64,000 nt of DNA, taken from the NCBI GenBank assembly GCA_034419075.1, contig DAOULR010000007.1:802-64801 (forward strand). The letters run 5' to 3'. Below the pieces are notes generated by a model. It did no database searches. It saw nothing but the letters and a program-made list of their open reading frames with translations, and was not told the DNA's origin. The position numbers were made by a program, and so were the translations under genes. Shown here in pieces: positions 38,322 to 46,448 of this stretch. How positions within the stretch are numbered: position 1 is the first letter of the stretch; every line of letters starts with the position of its first letter. The DNA comes from Dehalococcoidales bacterium. GTDB taxonomy: Bacteria > Chloroflexota > Dehalococcoidia > Dehalococcoidales > BS750m-G39.

Positions 38322-38522
38322 ATGGCAGAGGAGTGTTGTTCAGGAATGGGTTGTGGCTGTAACGCGACTAGTCTCTATACAGATAGAGAGTGTCCCGAAT
38401 GTGGCAGAAGACTTCGAATTACGGGTAACTTGCAGCGAATCCAGCTTAGGCTAACTTGCCAAGATTGTGGTTACCAGAGCCCAGAGCTGTCAATGGAAGA
38501 GCTTCGGGAATTCATTGACTGA
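38322..38522 (+). CDS. 66-aa Cys-rich zinc-ribbon protein
   Basis: aggag SD. CCSGMGCGC cluster followed by a CPECG...CQDCG ribbon. Lies in an AT-rich stretch. Confidence 0.55.
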   Translation: MAEECCSGMGCGCNATSLYTDRECPECGRRLRITGNLQRIQLRLTCQDCGYQSPELSMEELREFID

Positions 38523-38566
38523 GGAACTGGCGAAAAGCAGGTTGCAAAAGGGGGAAGTTTTTAAAA

Positions 38567-38587
38567 AAGAGGGGCGAAGCCCCTCTT
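38567..38587 (-). terminator. Hairpin terminator after the 239-aa membrane ORF (member of the AAGAGGGG...CCCCTCTT hairpin family)
   Basis: 8-9 bp stem aagagggg(c)/(g)cccctctt followed on the minus strand by TTTTTAAAAA. It lies 8 nt past the stop at 38595. Confidence 0.55.
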
Positions 38588-38594
38588 AAACTCC

Positions 38595-39314
38595 CTATTT
38601 CCACTTTTGTGGAAGAATTGGTGTCGTGACGATTTTCTCTGACCATTCAGGTTTTGTCAGCTCTTCTGTTTGAATCGTCACATGTTTTCTGCCAAGGCTT
38701 GTATATGTTATTCGTGCTCGACACTTAGTTCTTCCCTGCAAAATATCTTTCCATATTTTCAAGTCATCCGCTTGATTCAAATCGAGAATATAGTTTTGGT
38801 AAAGGACACTATTTGGAAATAAGATGGAGGATGTAGCCTCCACTGTGGCTGGTACATACTTGCTGCTCAGATTTTCTTCTGTAACTTCTTCATCCTTACC
38901 GAAGAAGGCAATGTCTGTGTTAACACCTTCGCCTGGTAATGAGCCCGAATTCTTTATGTTGAATTCTAGCGTCATGTATTGCCCTACCTGTTTTAAACCT
39001 ATTGAGCCATCCATGTATAAGAAAGGCCTTATTGAATTTCGTGTGAGTTCTAAGGATTCTTGCGTTGTCACGAGTGAATCATGAGCACTAACAGACGCAA
39101 ACATAGAATTCAGAGCAGCTATTGAAGCCACTACTACGGAAAGACACACAATGATATAGGTGTTTAGAGGGCCGAAGGTTTGTCTGCCATCAAATATAAA
39201 CCAGACTAGACACGCGACGACTATTTCAATCCCTATGAGCGCAAGGTTTGTGCGTATTATGTGACGCCTACATAATCTTACGAACCCCTTACCCATTTCC
39301 ATTTTACTTTGCAA
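38595..39314 (-). CDS. AT-rich membrane-anchored ORFan (2 TM + ~150-aa beta-rich domain)
   Basis: 239 aa from TTG 39314 (ATG alternatives at 39302 and 39296). Two hydrophobic helices, then a domain with an NSGSLPGEG strand-turn motif. A sampled 60-nt line is about 35% GC versus about 60% in the neighbours. Confidence 0.6.
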   Translation of the reverse strand: MQSKMEMGKGFVRLCRRHIIRTNLALIGIEIVVACLVWFIFDGRQTFGPLNTYIIVCLSVVVASIAALNSMFASVSAHDSLVTTQESLELTRNSIRPFLYMDGSIGLKQVGQYMTLEFNIKNSGSLPGEGVNTDIAFFGKDEEVTEENLSSKYVPATVEATSSILFPNSVLYQNYILDLNQADDLKIWKDILQGRTKCRARITYTSLGRKHVTIQTEELTKPEWSEKIVTTPILPQKWK

Positions 39315-39318
39315 CCAG

Positions 39319-40557
39319 TTATTTAATTACCTTCTCCCCCATAAACCCCTGCAAAACCTCAGGCACCAAAATTGAGCCGTCGGGCTGCTGGTAGTTCTCC
39401 ATGATGGCAATCATGACGCGGGGGAGGGCTAAACCTGAGCCGTTGAGGGTATGAACGAAGCGGGGCTTTTCTTCAGGGGTGGGGCGGTAACGAATGTCGG
39501 CACGACGCGCCTGGAAGTCGCCGCAGTTGGAGCAGGAGGAGACCTCCAGCCACTCCTCGCAGCCGGGCGCCCACATCTCAATGTCAAAAGATTTCTGGGA
39601 GGCAAAGCCAAGGTCGGCGGTGCAGAGCTGCTTGATTCGATAGGGTAGCTTCAGCTTCTGGCAGACGTCCTCGGCGTCGGCTAAGAGCCTGTCCAGTTCC
39701 TTGTTGGAGGTCTCGGGCGCGGTGAACTTGTAAAGTTCCACCTTGTCGAATTGGTGCCCGCGCTTAATGCCCCGCGTATCCTTGCCCGCCGACATCTTCT
39801 CCCGCCGAAAGCAGGCGGTGTAGGCGACATAGTAGATGGGCAGGGTGGCGGGGGGAATAATCTCGCCGCGGTGGAGGTTGGTCAGGGGTATCTCAGCGGT
39901 GCCGATGAACCAGAAATCGTCCTCTTCATCGTGGTAGATGTTATCGGCGAACTTGGGCAGTTGCGCCGAGCCGACCATGCACTCGCGCTTGACCATAAAG
40001 GGCGGGTATATCTCCTCATAGCCGTGCTGACTGGTGTGCAAATCGAGCATGAAGGCGATGAGGGCCCTCTGCAGGCGTGCCCCCAGCCCTTTGAGCACGT
40101 AAAAGCGGCTGCCGGAGAGCTTGACCCCGCGCTCGAAGTCAATGATGTCCAGGTCTTCACCCAGCTTCCAGTGAGGGGCGGGCTTGAAATCGAACTTCTT
40201 AGGCTCACCCCAGGAACGGATTACCGGGTTGTCGTCTTCGCTTTTGCCTACGGGGGTGGTGGGGTGGGGGATGTTGGGCAGCTGCAGGAGCAAGTCCTCA
40301 ATACGCTCGTCCAGACCACGGGCTTCTTCCTCCAGTTTCTGTATCTTGGTGCGGAGAGTGCGGCCCTTATTGGTGGACTCGCTCTTCTGCTTGGCCAGCT
40401 CCTTGCGCTGGTGCCTGAGCTCCTCAAGCTCCAAAAGCTTCTGGCGGCGCTCGCCGTCCAGCTTCAGGATTTCATCAAGAGGTGCGGTATCGCGGCGGTC
40501 GGCAATCGCCTTGCGTACTATTTCGGGGTTCTCACGAATGAGTTTAAGGTCAAGCAT
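39319..40557 (-). CDS. serS: Seryl-tRNA synthetase
   Basis: Start at the ATG 40557 (agaggaaag SD; the ORF track extends to 40617). N-terminal coiled-coil arm. Class II motifs (FRRE..., GSGLALPR). Confidence 0.94.
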   Translation of the reverse strand: MLDLKLIRENPEIVRKAIADRRDTAPLDEILKLDGERRQKLLELEELRHQRKELAKQKSESTNKGRTLRTKIQKLEEEARGLDERIEDLLLQLPNIPHPTTPVGKSEDDNPVIRSWGEPKKFDFKPAPHWKLGEDLDIIDFERGVKLSGSRFYVLKGLGARLQRALIAFMLDLHTSQHGYEEIYPPFMVKRECMVGSAQLPKFADNIYHDEEDDFWFIGTAEIPLTNLHRGEIIPPATLPIYYVAYTACFRREKMSAGKDTRGIKRGHQFDKVELYKFTAPETSNKELDRLLADAEDVCQKLKLPYRIKQLCTADLGFASQKSFDIEMWAPGCEEWLEVSSCSNCGDFQARRADIRYRPTPEEKPRFVHTLNGSGLALPRVMIAIMENYQQPDGSILVPEVLQGFMGEKVIK

Positions 40558-41023
40558 TTTCTTTCCTCTTAGGTGGGAAATACCAGTATTTTTTGCCGGC
40601 CAGGAAGCCTTTAACACCCGCTTTCTTGAGCTTCCTCAGGTTCTTGAGGTGGGCGTCGCCGTGATAGGTCTTCACGAAGTCCAGTTCGGGGCAAGTCTCG
40701 AACTCTTCGCATTCCCAGCAGCCGTCAATGCCTTTCTTCCGGCAGCATTTCCGCATCTTGCAGAAGGGCGGGCCGCCGTCATTCCGGCAGGTTTTATTAC
40801 AGCGCAGTTTTACCAGCGCCCCGAGCACAGCATAGCACTGAGAGTAGCCTTTGAATGCGGCAAAGAAGGGCACGTCGGAGAAGGACTTAGCCATCTTATC
40901 CAGGCGATATGCTCTCATCTCTTTTCTGAGGTCGCGGGCCAGGTCGGCGACCTTACCCTGCCCGATGAAGCATTCACCGCAGTAGATGCCGCAGTAGGCG
41001 ATTTTGTCCTTGTTTTCCGCCAT
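40550..41023 (-). CDS. DUF3795-like Cys-rich protein (second paralog)
   Basis: 157 aa. YCGIYCGECFIG N-terminal motif and the clusters CNKTC, FCKMRKCC and CWECEEFETC. Its stop overlaps the serS ATG (ATGCTTGA). Confidence 0.7.
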   Translation of the reverse strand: MAENKDKIAYCGIYCGECFIGQGKVADLARDLRKEMRAYRLDKMAKSFSDVPFFAAFKGYSQCYAVLGALVKLRCNKTCRNDGGPPFCKMRKCCRKKGIDGCWECEEFETCPELDFVKTYHGDAHLKNLRKLKKAGVKGFLAGKKYWYFPPKRKENA

Positions 41024-41051
41024 ATTTACTGTCCTCTTTCTTTATTCTAGT

Positions 41052-41624
41052 CTAGCCCGCCCTCGGTATTCCTAGCCACCTCGGTGTTTTGTCCATGTAT
41101 TCTCGGTAGGCATCGCCGTATTTTCCCAGGCAGTATCTTTCCTCGACGCGCGCCTCGGTGCGCACCCAGAAGATGTTGGCCAGCCCCAGCAGCAGGAAAA
41201 GCCAAGAAGCGGTGGCGATGCCGGTGCCGATATAAATGATAAAGCTGGAGAGGTACATGGGGTGGCGCGAGAAGGCATAAGCGCCCTGGGTTACGGGATA
41301 GTCGGAAGGGGCGACGGCGAATTCGGTGGTGGCTATGGCCAGTATCATTACGCCCAGGAAGAAGATGGGGAAACCGATGTAGAACCAGAGTGTCCCCAGC
41401 TTGAGAGGCAGGAAGATGGAGTAGAGCGTGGCCAGCCCCCAGATTGAGTTGCCGATTACGCCCGCCCGCTTCTCGGTTTTGCTCTTCTTTATATCGGCGG
41501 GATGACCACTTCTTTGCCACACCCTCTTGCTCAGCAGCAGTACCGCCAGCATCTGCAGGATAAAGACGCTCATGAAAATCCAGGCGTTCCAGAGGCCTAT
41601 CTCAAAGGCGGGTACCAGCGACAT
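41052..41624 (-). CDS. Isoprenylcysteine carboxyl methyltransferase (ICMT/PEMT)-family membrane methyltransferase
   Basis: FSRHPMYLS...EE..L...FG..Y..Y C-terminal motif. Five TM helices. Confidence 0.75.
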   Translation of the reverse strand: MSLVPAFEIGLWNAWIFMSVFILQMLAVLLLSKRVWQRSGHPADIKKSKTEKRAGVIGNSIWGLATLYSIFLPLKLGTLWFYIGFPIFFLGVMILAIATTEFAVAPSDYPVTQGAYAFSRHPMYLSSFIIYIGTGIATASWLFLLLGLANIFWVRTEARVEERYCLGKYGDAYREYMDKTPRWLGIPRAG

Positions 41625-43112
41625 TTATTTCTCTTTCTCCCTCATCTGGGGGAAGAGGATTACCTCTCGTATCGAGGGCTGGTTGGTGAGCAGCATTACC
41701 AGGCGGTCAATGCCCACCCCCAGCCCGCCTGCGGGGGGCATGCCGTATTCCAGCGCCAGCAGGTAATCTTCGTCGATAGTCCAGCGCTCCTCGTCGGCGC
41801 CGACGCGTTCCTTCTGCTGCTCCTCGAAGCGCTCCCGCTGCTCGATGGGGTCGTTGAGCTCGCTGTAGGCGTTGGCAATCTCCAAACCACCAGCAATGGC
41901 CTGAAAGCGCTCGGCGACTCTTTCCTCGCCGGGCTTGGTCTTGGCCAGTGGGGACATGGAGACGGGGTAGTCGTATATAATGGTGGGCTGGATGAGCTTG
42001 GGCCTGACGAAGTCCTTGATAATCTGGTCAACGAGCTTGGCCCAGTTCTTCTGGGGGTCGGGTTCCATTTTCAAAGTACGCATTCTATCTCGCAGCCCGT
42101 CGGCGGTAGGGTATTTGACGAAGTCAATGCCGCCATATTTCTTTACCGCTTCGCGCAGGGTGAGGCGCTTCCAGGGCGGCTTAAAGTCTATAGTATCGTC
42201 GCCGAACTTAGCCTTGGTTGTGCCTAGAACCTCCTGGCATACCTTAGCCACCATCTCCTCCAGCATCTCCATAACACCGAGGTAGTTGACATAAGCTTCA
42301 TAGCTTTCTAGCATGGTGAACTCGGGGTTGTGCTGGGTGGAGACGCCCTCGTTGCGGAAGATGCGCCCGATTTCGTAGACCTTGTCGAAGCCGCCGACGA
42401 GCAACCGCTTGAGGTGCAGTTCAAGGGCGATGCGCAGATAAAACTCCTGGTCGAGGGCCTGGTGGTGGGTGGTGAAGGGGTTGGCCAGAGCGCCGCCGGC
42501 AGATTGCTGCAGCACGGGCGTTTCCACCTCGATAAAGCCGCGCCCGTTGAGGAACTGGCGCATGGCGGCGATGATACGGCTGCGTGCTCTAAAAGTTTCC
42601 TTCGTCTCAGCATTAGCGATGAGGTCGAGATAGCGCTGGCGGTAGCGCTTGTCGACGTCGGCCAGTCCGTGCCACTTTTCGGGTAGGGGCTGCAGCGACT
42701 TGGCCAGCAGGGTGAAATCGGCGATAGCGACGGTGGGTTCGCCGCTCTTGGTGCGTAAAAGATTACCCTTAGCACCGATAATATCGCCGATGTCCAAATC
42801 ATTAAATAGTTGGGCCTGGTCTTCGTTGTAGTTATGGGTGTCCTGAAAGAGCAGCTGAATCTTCCCCGAGCCGTCGCGCAGGTCGGCGAAGGCGCTCTTG
42901 CCCATGCGCCTGATGGCCGTAATCCGCCCAGCGATACGAACTACCTTCGCCTTAGCTGGAGCCTTTTCCTCCTGCTTCTCCAGAAGCTCTATGGCCTGAC
43001 GAGTGGTATGGGTGCGCTCATAGCCGTAGGGATAGGGCTCGATGCCGTGGGCGCGGAGCCGCTTCAGCTTTTCTCGGCGCTGCTGGGCTATTTTGTCTAA
43101 TCGGGACGCCAT
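41625..43112 (-). CDS. lysS: Lysyl-tRNA synthetase, class II
   Basis: OB-fold N domain (AGRI...R.MGK..F..L.D..G.IQ). Class II motifs FRNEG and GGLGVGIDRLVMLLT. Confidence 0.95.
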   Translation of the reverse strand: MASRLDKIAQQRREKLKRLRAHGIEPYPYGYERTHTTRQAIELLEKQEEKAPAKAKVVRIAGRITAIRRMGKSAFADLRDGSGKIQLLFQDTHNYNEDQAQLFNDLDIGDIIGAKGNLLRTKSGEPTVAIADFTLLAKSLQPLPEKWHGLADVDKRYRQRYLDLIANAETKETFRARSRIIAAMRQFLNGRGFIEVETPVLQQSAGGALANPFTTHHQALDQEFYLRIALELHLKRLLVGGFDKVYEIGRIFRNEGVSTQHNPEFTMLESYEAYVNYLGVMEMLEEMVAKVCQEVLGTTKAKFGDDTIDFKPPWKRLTLREAVKKYGGIDFVKYPTADGLRDRMRTLKMEPDPQKNWAKLVDQIIKDFVRPKLIQPTIIYDYPVSMSPLAKTKPGEERVAERFQAIAGGLEIANAYSELNDPIEQRERFEEQQKERVGADEERWTIDEDYLLALEYGMPPAGGLGVGIDRLVMLLTNQPSIREVILFPQMREKEK

Positions 43113-43123
43113 GTTTCACATAG

Positions 43124-43132
43124 TATATAGCA
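43124..43132 (-). promoter_or_regulatory. Extended -10 box TGcTATATA, 11 nt upstream of lysS ATG
   Basis: Minus strand reads ttTGcTATATActatgtgaaacATG with no SD. Confidence 0.35.
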
Positions 43133-43184
43133 AAAGGCAGAGAGTGCCAAGCTCCCCGCCGCAAATCGTTGGCCTTTTTTAATT

Positions 43185-43955
43185 TTAGCTCGTCCCGCTC
43201 TGCGCTTTGAGGGAGTCCAGCCATGCGGCTGATTTGACGTCCCTTTCCAATAGATAGCGTATGTAGTTGCGTATCACCACCTCAAGCTGGTGAGAAAGCT
43301 CTGGGGTCAGTGTCATCCCGCTGACGCTTTCGTAGTTGCTGCCCTGCAATAGACGCAGCGCCCGTTGTGCCTCCCAGGATAGGGGATAGGAGAAGGGTTG
43401 GGAGGGGCGGCAGTTGGCGCAGACCATACCGCCGGCGCCGGGGGAAAAGAAGTTGGTGGTCTCCTTTAAAGGCTTGTGGCAGGCGACACACTGCTCCAGC
43501 TGGGGGCGGTAGCCAACCTCATTAAGCAGCTGCAGTTCAAAATAGCGTAGTACCAAATCGCTATTTTCGCCCTGAGATAGACGCTGCAGGGTGGCCAGTA
43601 ATAGTTGAAAAATGGGCTGGTCCTCGGCATCGGCGGCGGCGAACTGGTTGACCAGCTCGGTGACGTAGAGGGCGGCGGAGCTAAGCTCCAGGTCGCTTTT
43701 GAGGGGGAGGAAGCTATCTATGGTCTGAGCGCCGGTTATGGTGTCGATATTGCGCCCGCGTACCAGCGATATCTGGCTGTGGGTCAATAGCTCAAGGTGC
43801 CCCGCCATCTTGCTCTTGGTCTTGCGCAGGCTCTTGGCGAAGCCCTGGATTTTGCCTAAGTTGGGGGTATAGAGGGTGAGGATGGTATCCGCCTCGCCCA
43901 GCTTGGTCTTTTTGATGACGATGGCTTCAGTCTGATAGGTTCTAGGCTTGGGCAT
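43185..43955 (-). CDS. recO: DNA repair protein RecO
   Basis: Start at the ATG 43955 (MPKPRTYQTEAIVIKKTKLGEADTILTLYT, OB fold). CxxC...CxxC zinc motif (CVACHK...CANC). The ORF track extends to 44105 through the upstream gene. Confidence 0.88.
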   Translation of the reverse strand: MPKPRTYQTEAIVIKKTKLGEADTILTLYTPNLGKIQGFAKSLRKTKSKMAGHLELLTHSQISLVRGRNIDTITGAQTIDSFLPLKSDLELSSAALYVTELVNQFAAADAEDQPIFQLLLATLQRLSQGENSDLVLRYFELQLLNEVGYRPQLEQCVACHKPLKETTNFFSPGAGGMVCANCRPSQPFSYPLSWEAQRALRLLQGSNYESVSGMTLTPELSHQLEVVIRNYIRYLLERDVKSAAWLDSLKAQSGTS

Positions 43956-43959
43956 TTTG
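43927..43959 (-). repeat. Direct repeat DR-1 (covers recO start codon and first 10 codons)
   Basis: ttcAgtctgataggttctaggcttggGcattttg matches 44389..44421 at 31 of 33 positions. Confidence 0.9.
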
Positions 43960-43975
43960 CTTACTGTCGAAGGCC

Positions 43976-44338
43976 TTATTTCTTGATAATCATGTATATA
44001 GCGGTTAAGAGCAGGGCCACCCCGAATATCTTTTGCAGTACCTGAGTGGATATACCGGTAGCCAGCTTGGCGCCAAAGAAACCGCCGATGAAGAAGCCCA
44101 GACAAATAAAGGCGGCTATCTTTACGTCTACATAACCGGCCTTGTAGTAGGTCCAGGCGGCCAGTAAACCAATGGGCGGAATCATTAGCGCCAGGGTCGT
44201 GCCCTGGGCCTGGTGCTGGCTCAGGCCGAAGAGAATAATCAGGGCCGGTACGATAATGATACCGCCGCCGATGCCAAGTAAGCCGCTGAGAACCCCGGCG
44301 GCTAAGCCGAGCGCTATATAAAGAACGATATCGACCAT
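43976..44338 (-). CDS. Half-size TSUP (TauE/SafE, DUF81) family membrane protein
   Basis: 120 aa from the ATG 44338. Four TM helices. GLLGIGGGIIIVPAL signature of the 4-TM TSUP repeat unit. Confidence 0.7.
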   Translation of the reverse strand: MVDIVLYIALGLAAGVLSGLLGIGGGIIIVPALIILFGLSQHQAQGTTLALMIPPIGLLAAWTYYKAGYVDVKIAAFICLGFFIGGFFGAKLATGISTQVLQKIFGVALLLTAIYMIIKK

Positions 44339-44388
44339 TTTTGTTTGCCTTACCTTTGACAGCACTTGATCACCGGTTTCAAGCTAGT

Positions 44389-44421
44389 TTCGGTCTGATA
44401 GGTTCTAGGCTTGGACATTTT
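44389..44421 (-). repeat. Direct repeat DR-2 (degenerate copy of the recO 5' end)
   Basis: Minus strand reads caaaATGtccaagcctagaacctatcagaccgaa (MSKPRTYQTE, versus the recO MPKPRTYQTE). It then opens into an unrelated 12 codons and a stop. Confidence 0.9.
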
Positions 44422-44427
44422 GGTGCC

Positions 44428-45243
44428 TCAACATTCCGAAAATACAAAGAGTTTATCTATTGTATATTTACCGTGCGGATGGCTTTTGTCAAGAGTGTTC
44501 AGTAGCGATTTGTCTATGTTTTGATTGTCCACTCGGATATACATACCCGCAAATCTTTTGGTGTCTTCAATTGCAACGTATGAAGTCAGAGTTATATTTC
44601 CGAATTTTGTAGTTTTAAGAGCATTTTTGAGGTATTCGTTTATTTCATCCGTTTTAAACTGACTATCATTTTTCAAGATGTTATGGTAGATGTTTGTGTA
44701 GTCGATAAATAAGGCCGTAGCGGGGCCACAATACGGTTTTTTTGATTTTTGGCTAATCACTGAGCCTATTTTATATTTGACATCTTGAGTTTTGGGTTTA
44801 GACAGATGAGCACTGCCACATTCTATAAAGACATCCCTGTCTTCTGTGTGAATCGTGAAATCGGGAGATTCAGTTTTGGTAAATTCCACTTTTTTTAAAA
44901 TCAGCACCGCAGCGGTATGGATTTCCATTCTAAAACCGAAATATTTATCAAAAGAAAGGTTTGTATGCAATTGCTTCTTAAATGTGGCCAGTAACTCGCT
45001 GTCGTGTTGCTCAATTATCTTAAGCTCTTTTACTAAAAGGGCTGTTTTACCGAGTTCATAATCTCTTAGGGAAATATTTTTTTGGTTGTGGTACTTTAGA
45101 ACCCTATTAAGAGATTGTCCTATTGGGCTTCTGGCTGCGATGCTTCCAGGGGTGAATCGTATCCCAAGCAAAATGCTTAATTCTACTATCAGATTACCAT
45201 ATCCCGCTAGGAACCTAGTAGTAGGCGAGCTCTGTGGATTCAC
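44428..45243 (-). CDS. AT-rich ORFan, possible PD-(D/E)xK nuclease fold
   Basis: 271 aa, GTG start as in the track. Pattern FRMEIHTAAVL...ESPDFTIH...DVFIECGS resembles helix-E / PD / ExK core strands. Sampled lines are 28-40% GC. Confidence 0.5.
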   Translation of the reverse strand: MNPQSSPTTRFLAGYGNLIVELSILLGIRFTPGSIAARSPIGQSLNRVLKYHNQKNISLRDYELGKTALLVKELKIIEQHDSELLATFKKQLHTNLSFDKYFGFRMEIHTAAVLILKKVEFTKTESPDFTIHTEDRDVFIECGSAHLSKPKTQDVKYKIGSVISQKSKKPYCGPATALFIDYTNIYHNILKNDSQFKTDEINEYLKNALKTTKFGNITLTSYVAIEDTKRFAGMYIRVDNQNIDKSLLNTLDKSHPHGKYTIDKLFVFSEC

Positions 45244-45301
45244 GTTAATCTGAGCTTTTGAGCTGTGCCTATTTATAAATGAGGACTTGAATCTCTTATC
45301 C

Positions 45302-45625
45302 CTACTCGTTAAACCACCCTTCTTTGGTCAGAATATCGACGACCATCGCTGAGCTGGGGCCATCTCCCCTCGCCACATTTACCGCCGCCCGGCCGGCGAC
45401 AGCGGTGGCAACGCGGGCTACCGCCTGGTGGGTAAAGCCAGCGCAGAGGTAGATGGACTGGACGCCTTTGTTTTGCACGAAGTCCTTAGCCACCTCTACG
45501 GCCTGGTCGAAGTTCGTCGCCTCGATGAATACCGCCGTCAGCTCCGCCTTTTCGGTCTTGATGGTGGCGCGGTGTTTTTCGGGGTCGCCGTCGGGCGCCA
45601 TAATGATAAATGCCGATTTGAACAT
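45302..45625 (-). CDS. Small alpha/beta protein of unknown function
   Basis: 107 aa from the ATG 45625 (aaggag SD). The ORF-track extension to 45760 overlaps recR and is rejected. Confidence 0.65.
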   Translation of the reverse strand: MFKSAFIIMAPDGDPEKHRATIKTEKAELTAVFIEATNFDQAVEVAKDFVQNKGVQSIYLCAGFTHQAVARVATAVAGRAAVNVARGDGPSSAMVVDILTKEGWFNE

Positions 45626-45641
45626 GGTATTGCTCCTTATA

Positions 45642-46253
45642 CTAAAATTCCTGCCTGCCTTCCATGGCGCGGGTGAGGGTGACATCATCGGCGTATTCCA
45701 GCTCGGTGCCGAAGGGCAGCCCTCTGGCCAGGCGGGTAACCTTGATGCCGAGGGGGACAATGAGCTTATTGAGGTACATAGCGGTCTGCTCTCCCTCCAG
45801 GGTGGGATTGGTGGCCAGGATTACCTCGCTGACCCCGCCCCCTTTGAGCCTTTCCATAAGCTCGTTGATTCTGATGTCACCCGTGCCGATGCCCTCGGTG
45901 GGGGATATAGCGCCGTGGAGGACGTGATAGAGTCCGTTATAGGTCTTGGTGTGCTCCAGTGCCAGGATGTCCTGCAGCTGTTCTACAATGCAGACCAGGC
46001 TGTGGTCGCGTTGGGGGTTGCGGCAGATGGGGCAGGGGTCGGTATCGGTGATATTAAAGCATGTCGAGCAGAGCTTCGTTTTCTGCTTCACTGAGAGGAT
46101 GGCGTCGGCCAGCATCTTGGTCTGTTCGTCCGGGGCGCGGAGGAGGTAGAAGGCGAGGCGCTGGGCACTCTTGGGGCCGACACCGGGCAGCCTGTTCAGT
46201 TCTTGGACGAGTCTGTCCACCGCACCCGCGGCGGGTGGAATATCTTGGGTCAA
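45642..46253 (-). CDS. recR: Recombination protein RecR
   Basis: Hh[19 protein letters not shown]4 zinc finger [16 protein letters not shown], and Toprim (LCIVEQ...). Confidence 0.93.
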   Translation of the reverse strand: MTQDIPPAAGAVDRLVQELNRLPGVGPKSAQRLAFYLLRAPDEQTKMLADAILSVKQKTKLCSTCFNITDTDPCPICRNPQRDHSLVCIVEQLQDILALEHTKTYNGLYHVLHGAISPTEGIGTGDIRINELMERLKGGGVSEVILATNPTLEGEQTAMYLNKLIVPLGIKVTRLARGLPFGTELEYADDVTLTRAMEGRQEF

Positions 46254-46320
46254 CTGGCTCTCCTTATATGGTACTCTTTATAGATTCTGGTATCTCTCTC
46301 GGAGACGATAAGATTGCTCC

Positions 46321-46430
46321 CCCCAACCCCACTCTGTCAGCGCACGTTGTTTTGTCCCACCCAATACCCACCCTATAAGGGTGGTACCCCTTTTATATCC
46401 TCCTGTTGGGGCTTCGCCCCACCCCACCTT
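46321..46430 (+). repeat. Intergenic repeat family, copy B (between ybaB and recR)
   Basis: ccactctgtcagcgcacgttgttttgtCCCACCCaataCCCACCCtataaGGGTGGtacccctttt..ggggcttcgcccc accccacctt. Confidence 0.85.
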
Positions 46431-46448
46431 GAAATTTTTTTGTTCGTT

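Noticed and set aside
40558-40617. T-box or other leader upstream of serS (and of lysS at 43113..43184)
   Set aside because: The serS start is overlapped by the upstream coding gene. The lysS upstream spacer is only 72 nt with a -10 box 11 nt from the ATG. There is no room for a T-box (about 200 nt).
39751-41050. 273-aa and 288-aa plus-strand ORFs over serS and the DUF3795 gene
   Set aside because: They are antisense to confidently identified genes and look like GC-driven open frames. The same reasoning applies to 19861..20622, 41502..42227, 53444..54193 and 61778..62647.
43976-44365. TSUP gene as a truncated pseudogene (typical TauE/SafE proteins are about 250 aa)
   Set aside because: The ORF is intact with its own SD and corresponds to one complete 4-TM repeat unit. 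It is kept as a CDS, though whether the half-size form is functional is unverified.
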